Source: Hormoscilla sp.
GTDB lineage: Bacteria; Cyanobacteriota; Cyanobacteriia; Cyanobacteriales; Desertifilaceae
Direction of reading: 5' to 3'
Assembly: GCA_051439505.1 (NCBI GenBank)
Contig: JBFRWI010000089.1
Location: 1-21,173 of the forward strand
DNA: 21,173 bases
Under the pieces are notes generated by a model. It was not told where the DNA came from. It saw nothing but the letters and a program-made list of their open reading frames with translations, and ran no database searches. Positions 15,042 through 21,173 of this stretch are shown here, in pieces. Every line of letters starts with the position of its first letter. Within the stretch, counting starts at the first letter, position 1. Made by a program: the position numbers and the translations under genes.

Positions 15042-16976
15042 ATGGCAAAAGTAGTTGGAATTGACTTAGGTACGACAAACTCCTGCGTCGCCGTGATGGA
15101 AGGTGGTACGCCCACGGTGATCGCCAACTCCGAAGGTTTTCGGACCACCCCTTCCGTGGTCGCCTATGCCAAAAATGGCGATCGCCTGGTAGGGCAGATA
15201 GCCAAGCGGCAGGCCGTGATGAACCCGGAAAACACATTTTATTCGGTCAAGCGCTTCATCGGACGCAAACACACCGAAGTTACCAACGAATCCACCGAAG
15301 TATCCTACAAGGTGCTGCGGGATAGCAACGGCAACGTGAAACTAGACTGTCCCACAGCAGGCAAGCAATTCGCCCCAGAAGAAATTTCGGCTCAAGTCCT
15401 ACGCAAACTGATAGACGACGCTAGCAAGTACCTGGGCGAAACCGTCACCCAAGCAGTAATCACCGTTCCCGCATACTTCAACGACTCCCAGCGTCAAGCC
15501 ACCAAAGACGCAGGCAAGATTGCCGGGGTAGAAGTGTTGCGGATAATTAACGAACCCACCGCTGCGGCCCTAGCTTACGGTTTAGATAAAAAGAGTAATG
15601 AAACCATCCTGGTGTTTGACTTGGGTGGCGGTACCTTCGACGTATCGATTCTGGAAGTGGGGGACGGCGTGTTTGAAGTGCTGGCTACTTCTGGAGATAC
15701 TCACCTGGGCGGTGACGACTTCGACAAGAAAATTGTTGATTACATGGCGGCAGAATTCAACAAAGTCGAAGGGATTGACTTGCGCAAAGACAAGCAAGCC
15801 TTGCAACGCTTGACAGAAGCTGCGGAAAAAGCCAAGATAGAACTCTCTAACGTCAGCCAAGCAGAAATCAACCTGCCCTTCATCACGGCCACCCAAGATG
15901 GACCCAAGCACCTGGATCTGACCTTAACTCGCGCCAAGTTTGAAGAAATCTGTTCTGACTTGATCGATCGCTGCCGCATCCCGGTAGAAAATGCCGTGCG
16001 CGACGCCAAGTTAGACAAGTCTGCAATCAATGAAGTGGTGCTGGTGGGCGGTTCTACCCGAATTCCCGCAGTACAAGAAGTGGTCAAGAAGGTTCTGGGT
16101 AAAGACCCCAACCAATCAGTTAACCCCGATGAAGTAGTTGCTGTGGGTGCGGCCATTCAAGGGGGTGTGCTGGCGGGTGAAGTGAAAGATATTCTGCTGT
16201 TGGATGTCACCCCCTTGTCTCTGGGCGTGGAAACCTTGGGTGGCGTGATGACCAAGATCATCCCTCGCAACACGACTATTCCTACCAAGAAGTCGGAAGT
16301 CTTCTCTACTGCTGTGGACGGACAGACGAATGTGGAAATCCACGTTCTGCAAGGGGAACGAGAAATGTCCTCCGACAACAAGAGTCTGGGTACTTTCCGC
16401 TTAGATGGAATTCCCGCTGCACCCAGAGGCGTGCCTCAAATCGAAGTTACCTTTGATATCGATGCTAATGGGATTCTGAATGTAACGGCCAAGGATAAAG
16501 GTACGGGTAAGGAACAATCCATCAGCATCACGGGTGCTTCGACTCTGGATGACAAGGAAGTCGATCGCATGGTGAAGGAAGCGGAAGCAAATGCGGACGC
16601 TGATAAGGAACGCCGGGAGAAGATCGATCGCAAGAACCAGGCAGATACTCTCGCTTACCAGGCAGAGAAGCAAGTCAACGAGTTGGGAGACAAGGTGCCT
16701 GCGGAAGATAAGGCGAAGATAGATGAGTTGGTGAAAAACCTGCGGGAGGCGATCGGGAAGGAAGATGACGAGCAAATTCAGAAGCTAACACCGGAGTTGC
16801 AGCAAACCCTCTATGGTATCAGCAGCAAGATATATCAAGAGGCAGGCGGCGATCCATCTGGTGCAGGTCCTACCGATAATGGTGCCACGGGTGCAGATGC
16901 TGGATCGGGTGATGCCTCTAGCGGTGCCGATGCCGATGTGATTGATGCTGAGTTCTCTGAGACTAAGTCGCAATAG
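15042..16976 (+). CDS. dnaK: Chaperone DnaK (DnaK2 type)
   Basis: [37 protein letters not shown] motifs and C-terminal DVIDAEFSE. Confidence 0.98.
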   Translation: MAKVVGIDLGTTNSCVAVMEGGTPTVIANSEGFRTTPSVVAYAKNGDRLVGQIAKRQAVMNPENTFYSVKRFIGRKHTEVTNESTEVSYKVLRDSNGNVKLDCPTAGKQFAPEEISAQVLRKLIDDASKYLGETVTQAVITVPAYFNDSQRQATKDAGKIAGVEVLRIINEPTAAALAYGLDKKSNETILVFDLGGGTFDVSILEVGDGVFEVLATSGDTHLGGDDFDKKIVDYMAAEFNKVEGIDLRKDKQALQRLTEAAEKAKIELSNVSQAEINLPFITATQDGPKHLDLTLTRAKFEEICSDLIDRCRIPVENAVRDAKLDKSAINEVVLVGGSTRIPAVQEVVKKVLGKDPNQSVNPDEVVAVGAAIQGGVLAGEVKDILLLDVTPLSLGVETLGGVMTKIIPRNTTIPTKKSEVFSTAVDGQTNVEIHVLQGEREMSSDNKSLGTFRLDGIPAAPRGVPQIEVTFDIDANGILNVTAKDKGTGKEQSISITGASTLDDKEVDRMVKEAEANADADKERREKIDRKNQADTLAYQAEKQVNELGDKVPAEDKAKIDELVKNLREAIGKEDDEQIQKLTPELQQTLYGISSKIYQEAGGDPSGAGPTDNGATGADAGSGDASSGADADVIDAEFSETKSQ

Positions 16977-17015
16977 TTTGAGAGCGGGCAACGACAATTT
17001 AGGTAAATAATTTCC

Positions 17016-17049
17016 AGGGCTGATAACATAGATTATCAGCTCTTTTTTT
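17016..17049 (+). terminator. Intrinsic terminator after dnaK
   Basis: Stem AGGGCTGATAA / TTATCAGCTCT, 6-nt loop, then a T-run. Confidence 0.85.
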
Positions 17050-17368
17050 CTCTGGACGTGCAGCGATCGCCTTTACTCACTACTCGTTAAATATTTTCTT
17101 GGAAGTTCAGACAAAAATTATCGCTCATCCTGAGTGTAATCCATCACAGTCTTACCGATATAAATAAGGTAATTACGCTGCTTTAATTTTTAAACACTAC
17201 CGGTAGCGTCTGGTGGGCACCGGCCAGGTCTGGGAGCGATCGCGCCAGATCGGGTAATTCGCCCCTCAAATCCTTGAGCGTGGGGCCCGCCAACTTTTTG
17301 TCACCCCAGGGTGCGGGCTGGCCTGACTCTAAACTACAATGACGATCGCCTATATAGGAGGAAAAGGA

Positions 17369-19177
17369 ATGCGACTGTCTCAAATGCTGTTCTACACATT
17401 GCGGGAAAATCCAGCGGAAGCGGAAATTCCCAGTCACAAGCTGCTATTGCGTGCCGGTTATATCCGTCGCATCGGTAGCGGTATCTACGCCTATCTGCCC
17501 CTCATGTGGCGGGTGCTGCAAAAAGTATCCCAGATAGTGCGGGAGGAAATGAACGCCACCGGGGCTCAAGAATGTCTCCTGCCCCAGTTGCAACCGGCTG
17601 ACTTGTGGCGAGAATCGGGGCGCTGGGATACCTACACTCAAGCTGAAGGGATCATGTTCGCCCTCACGGACCGACAAGAACGGGAATTGGGATTGGGTCC
17701 TACCCATGAAGAGGTGATTACTACCATTGCTAAGGACATGATTCGTTCTTACCGCCAATTGCCCGTACATCTGTACCAAATTCAAACCAAGTTCCGAGAT
17801 GAAATTCGCCCCCGTTTCGGGTTAATGCGGGGACGGGAATTTATCATGAAGGATGGCTATTCCTTCCACCGGAATGTAGAAAGCCTGAAAAAAACTTATC
17901 AAGATATGGATCGGGCCTATCGGAATATGATTCGTCGGTGCGGTTTGGCCTTCCAAGCAGTGCAGGCCGACTCGGGGGCGATCGGGGGTGGGGTGTCCCA
18001 AGAGTTTATGATCTTGGCAGATGCGGGTGAAGATGAGGTGCTGTACAGTGCGGACGATAAGTATGCGGCCAATGTGGAAAAGGCCGTATCTCTGCCAGCT
18101 GATGGGAAACCCTCGCCCTTTACAACCTATGAAAAACTGGAGACCCCTGATAGTGAGACGATCGAGAAGCTGTGCAAAATACTCAAGTGCGATCCGACCA
18201 ATGTGGTGAAAAACGTCCTCTACCAGGTAGTTTACGATAATGGCATGACAGTCCTAGTCCTGGTAAGCATCCGGGGAGACCAAGATGTAAATGAGGTGAA
18301 GCTGTTCAACGAATTGACAGCCCTAGCAGGCCAGTATAATGCTAAAACTGTCTTAGCTTTAACAGTGCCGGACGCGGAAGCGCAACAAAAATGGGCCGAT
18401 CAACCCTTGCCCTTGGGTTATATCGATCCAGGGTTGCCAGATGATTATATCAGTAGCATGAGGAATGTCGCGCCCAAGTTTTTGCGGTTGGCAGACAAAA
18501 CAGTCGTGGATATGACAAATTTCGTCACGGGTGCGAATGAGTCGGGTTATCATGTAGTTGGCGCCAATTGGGACGAGCAATTCGATATGCCATCAGAGGT
18601 GGCAGACCTGCGAACGGCTTCTTCGGGCGATCGGGCAATTCACGACCCCAGTCAAACCCTGCAAACTGCCAGAGGTATTGAAGCGGGGCATATTTTCCAG
18701 CTGGGTACAAAATATTCCCAAGCGATGGGGGCTACCTACACTAGCGAACAAGGAGAAGAATTGCCTTTGTACATGGGGTGCTACGGGGTAGGCGTTTCCC
18801 GTGTGGCGCAAGCGGCGGTAGAGCAATCTTTCGACAAAGATGGGATTATCTGGCCAGTCGCGATCGCCCCCTATCATGTCATCATCTGCGTTCCCAATAT
18901 CGCCGACGCCCAACAGCTGGAAACTGCGGAAAAAATCTATGCCGAACTAAATCAAGCGGGTGTAGAAACCCTACTAGATGACCGCAATGAACGAGCTGGG
19001 GTAAAATTCAAAGATGCCGATCTAATTGGCATTCCCTATCGGGTAGTAACCGGCAAAACCCTCTCGGAAGGTAAGGTAGAACTGGTGGAACGATCGACAA
19101 AGAAATCTGAAAAGATTGCGATCGAGCAAGTCGTCTCTACCTTAAAACAGCGCATAGATGCCGCTTTGGATCACTAG
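17369..19177 (+). CDS. proS: Proline--tRNA ligase
   Basis: [33 protein letters not shown] and [10 protein letters not shown] motifs. Start MRLSQM at 17369 with SD GGAGG; ORF track gives 17339. Confidence 0.97.
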   Translation: MRLSQMLFYTLRENPAEAEIPSHKLLLRAGYIRRIGSGIYAYLPLMWRVLQKVSQIVREEMNATGAQECLLPQLQPADLWRESGRWDTYTQAEGIMFALTDRQERELGLGPTHEEVITTIAKDMIRSYRQLPVHLYQIQTKFRDEIRPRFGLMRGREFIMKDGYSFHRNVESLKKTYQDMDRAYRNMIRRCGLAFQAVQADSGAIGGGVSQEFMILADAGEDEVLYSADDKYAANVEKAVSLPADGKPSPFTTYEKLETPDSETIEKLCKILKCDPTNVVKNVLYQVVYDNGMTVLVLVSIRGDQDVNEVKLFNELTALAGQYNAKTVLALTVPDAEAQQKWADQPLPLGYIDPGLPDDYISSMRNVAPKFLRLADKTVVDMTNFVTGANESGYHVVGANWDEQFDMPSEVADLRTASSGDRAIHDPSQTLQTARGIEAGHIFQLGTKYSQAMGATYTSEQGEELPLYMGCYGVGVSRVAQAAVEQSFDKDGIIWPVAIAPYHVIICVPNIADAQQLETAEKIYAELNQAGVETLLDDRNERAGVKFKDADLIGIPYRVVTGKTLSEGKVELVERSTKKSEKIAIEQVVSTLKQRIDAALDH

Positions 19178-19192
19178 GGAAAAATGTTTCGA

Positions 19193-19251
19193 GTTGTTGA
19201 GCTTTAGTGATCGCTAGCAGATATCTCTAAAGCTCAACAACAAACCTTTTT
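19193..19251 (+). terminator. Long hairpin after proS (probable terminator)
   Basis: Perfect 15-bp IR GTTGTTGAGCTTTAG (19193-19207) / CTAAAGCTCAACAAC (19227-19241); short T-run at 19247-19251. Confidence 0.6.
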
Positions 19252-19384
19252 CCGTTAGCTTAGCGGCACTATTTCGCGAATATCCCAGTTGTTAATTCTT
19301 GATGATTGACAATAATTAAATGGTCATAAATGCTCGCATACAGCTAGATTTGCAATTAGCTATTGACAATTAGCAACAATAAGT

Positions 19385-19807
19385 ATGAATTCCCGCAAAA
19401 TCCCGATCGCGCTGTTTCTGTTTGCTGCCAGTTTCCTGTCCATTTCCTGTGGTCAAAACTCAGTAGATAAGTTAACAGACTACTATCGCAATGATACACC
19501 CGTAAAAGGGACGACTTTCTCGCCCTTGGTGCCCGGATCGCTGTGGCGTGTAGTTGCGTCCCAGTTAAACTGCTATAGCGATCCTCAAGCTGACAGCAAG
19601 ATTATCATCACCCAGTTTAGTCGCAATGATATCATTCAGGCAGAAGTCTGGCGCGGCGGTGCTGATGAAGTGCTTGTCAACGGACTAGACAGCGAAGGTA
19701 AACCCTGGATGCATGTTAGGGGAGGACGAAATATTGACAGTCCGGCGGACCTGACCAGATGTTATGTCAGAGCTAATAGCCGTTATATTCAACCTGTAAA
19801 AAAATGA
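19385..19807 (+). CDS. Putative lipoprotein with SH3b-like domain
   Basis: Signal peptide ending LSIS-C; WRVV...LNC...CYVRANSRYIQPV pattern. Confidence 0.7.
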   Translation: MNSRKIPIALFLFAASFLSISCGQNSVDKLTDYYRNDTPVKGTTFSPLVPGSLWRVVASQLNCYSDPQADSKIIITQFSRNDIIQAEVWRGGADEVLVNGLDSEGKPWMHVRGGRNIDSPADLTRCYVRANSRYIQPVKK

Positions 19808-20202
19808 TTTGTCTTACTCAAGATGCGATCCAACTTCATTTATTGCTGGCGGAGAATTTGCCCGATGGCGAGGCAAAATCGCGTCTTTTGCGTAAACTAA
19901 TCTCATCTTGACTGACCCCATGTTTTTTACTAATTGGCGCACTCAATAAATCGGCTCTTCGCTACTTAGTATGCTAGTCAAAAAATTTAGCAATTTTTGG
20001 GCGATTAAGTATAATTATTAATTGAGAATTGAGATGCACCCCCATGTATAATCTGGTAGTTTGTAGCCAGTCTGATTTGATTCGGCGATCGCACCAGGGA
20101 ACGCTACCTGAATAAGGGGGCGATCCCGCAAAACTGACGGATAAGCATTAAGGGCGATCGCGCGAACACATTCAAATACGCTACATATGGCAGATACGAA
20201 CG

Positions 20203-20270
20203 AGAAACCGAGTTTCTGCTAGAATGTAGGCACCCCAACCAATATTTCCCAGAAGAAACCCGGTTTCTGG
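20203..20270. repeat. Pair of AGAAACCNNGTTTCT palindromic repeats
   Basis: AGAAACCGAGTTTCT near 20203 and AGAAACCCGGTTTCT near 20254. Confidence 0.6.
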
Positions 20271-20400
20271 CCCTCGCCAGTCCGCCCCCGAACGTATAAG
20301 TTTTGGAAATCAGGGTGCGATCGGGCAAATATGTTGTAGCGGACTTCGCCGTTTATCCTTTATCATATAGCTTTGACGGTTTGACTCCAAATTGTATCTT

Positions 20401-20524
20401 ATGAAAGTACATCCACGAGAGATATATTCTTTACTCCTAGAAGCTAGCCGATCGGCAACCCCAGTTAAAGAAGTTGTAATTGGTCTGACCTGGACGTTAT
20501 GTCAGGCAGATGATATTGGCCTAG
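20401..20524 (+). pseudogene. 5' fragment of a DUF364 / heavy-metal-chelation-type gene
   Basis: MKVHPREIYSLLL...VKEVVIGLTWTLCQADDIGL, after which similarity stops abruptly. Confidence 0.65.
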
Positions 20525-20688
20525 CAGCAGCACCGATGGCACCCGATCGGGACTCGCCAGTCGCAACAGTCCGTAGCGGATACCTGCCAGTCCCGTCATT
20601 AGCCCCGGTGTCTCTACTCCCAAGAGAGTTCCGCAAAGCTAGCCATGCTTATTCATGCTTTCGACGATTGTAGCAGTAAGGCGATCGC
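20521..20688 (-). pseudogene. lanM: 3' fragment of a class II lanthipeptide synthetase (LanC-like cyclase end)
   Basis: Minus-strand translation DRLTATIVESMNKHG*LCGTLLGVETPGLMTGLAGIRYGLLRLASPDRVPSVLLL; internal TAG in place of the expected Trp. Confidence 0.78.
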
Positions 20689-20917
20689 TATCTGTTCCCC
20701 GATCGCGACCCAGTGGAGTTGGTATAATTCTACAATCGCCAAAGGGACAAAAAATCTTCCCTAAACATCCAATACGAATCAATTTTGCCATCAATCCGCA
20801 AATTACTTTACTACAGTAGTGCGGGGAAATTCACGGCCAAGGAAATTCGCAGTAATCTAGGAGAACCTTGGGTGTGGTCATGCATTTGTTGGGTGCGGGA
20901 TCTCCCCTTCTTCACTT

Positions 20918-20938
20918 CCCTTCGACTAACGCTCAGGG
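20918..20938. repeat. 21-nt small dispersed repeat-like element
   Basis: CCCTTCGACTAACGCTCAGGG; single copy in this window. Confidence 0.4.
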
Positions 20939-20977
20939 ACCGCAAAATTATTTAAAAATGCGCAGGAGAACCCCGCC

Positions 20978-21158
20978 ACAGGGCTCTCCTTGTGGAGTCG
21001 AAGTGAGCGATAAAGAGATTTACCTGACCCGGAGTTACCTGCGCTTAGCGCCTGGTGAACCGTTGCTTGACCCAAGTGGGGCGCTTTTTGCGCAGTCCGG
21101 GCCGGGCATCCCTGGTTTCGCTTGGGCTTGGGAGGGTGTGATTTTCCAAGCCCCCATG
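20978..21158 (+). ncRNA. ssrS: 6S RNA (SsrS/SsaA); ends approximate
   Basis: About 180 nt folding by eye into a rod: CTCTCCT/GGGAGGG, GAGTC/GGCTT, GAGCGA/TCGCTT, central bubble, CCTGACCCGGA/TCCGGGCCGGG, CTGCGC/GCGCAG, AGCGCC/GGCGCT. G-U pairs favour the + strand. Confidence 0.75.
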
Positions 21159-21173
21159 AACCTTTATTCTTAA

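Noticed and set aside
12658..18981. Many antisense or alternate-frame ORFs within dusB, dnaK and proS, including 17183..17437
   Set aside because: Shadows of strongly conserved genes with no independent motifs.
20868..21173. 101-aa ORF at the right edge
   Set aside because: TTG start, no motifs, and it overlaps the structured 6S-like RNA.

Overview
Cyanobacterial chromosomal DNA (dense HIP1 GCGATCGC sites, heptamer tandem repeats, REP/MITE-like elements), probably from a filamentous strain. The left ~7.6 kb is accessory. It holds the 5' part of an HTH/NB-ARC gene missed by the ORF track, an AT-rich membrane protein, and a ~4.6 kb array (2755-7363) of six small toxin/immunity or toxin-antitoxin-type modules. 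Each module has its own -10 element, and most are separated by a co-oriented 29-bp HIP1-containing repeat seen nowhere else in the window. The array includes two stand-alone polymorphic-toxin tip/immunity pairs, two orphan antitoxins, a nucleotidyltransferase-like gene broken by a 14-bp duplication, and a 30-bp junction duplication. It looks like an integron-like cassette array with no integrase in view and is the best candidate for an undescribed system. The rest is mostly core genes: mntAB/mntC with a ManR-type box, dusB, Hsp20 with a triplicated promoter, dnaK with a K-box, proS, a lipoprotein, a DUF364/lanM deletion scar and a probable 6S RNA. All family calls come from motif recognition; no searches were run.
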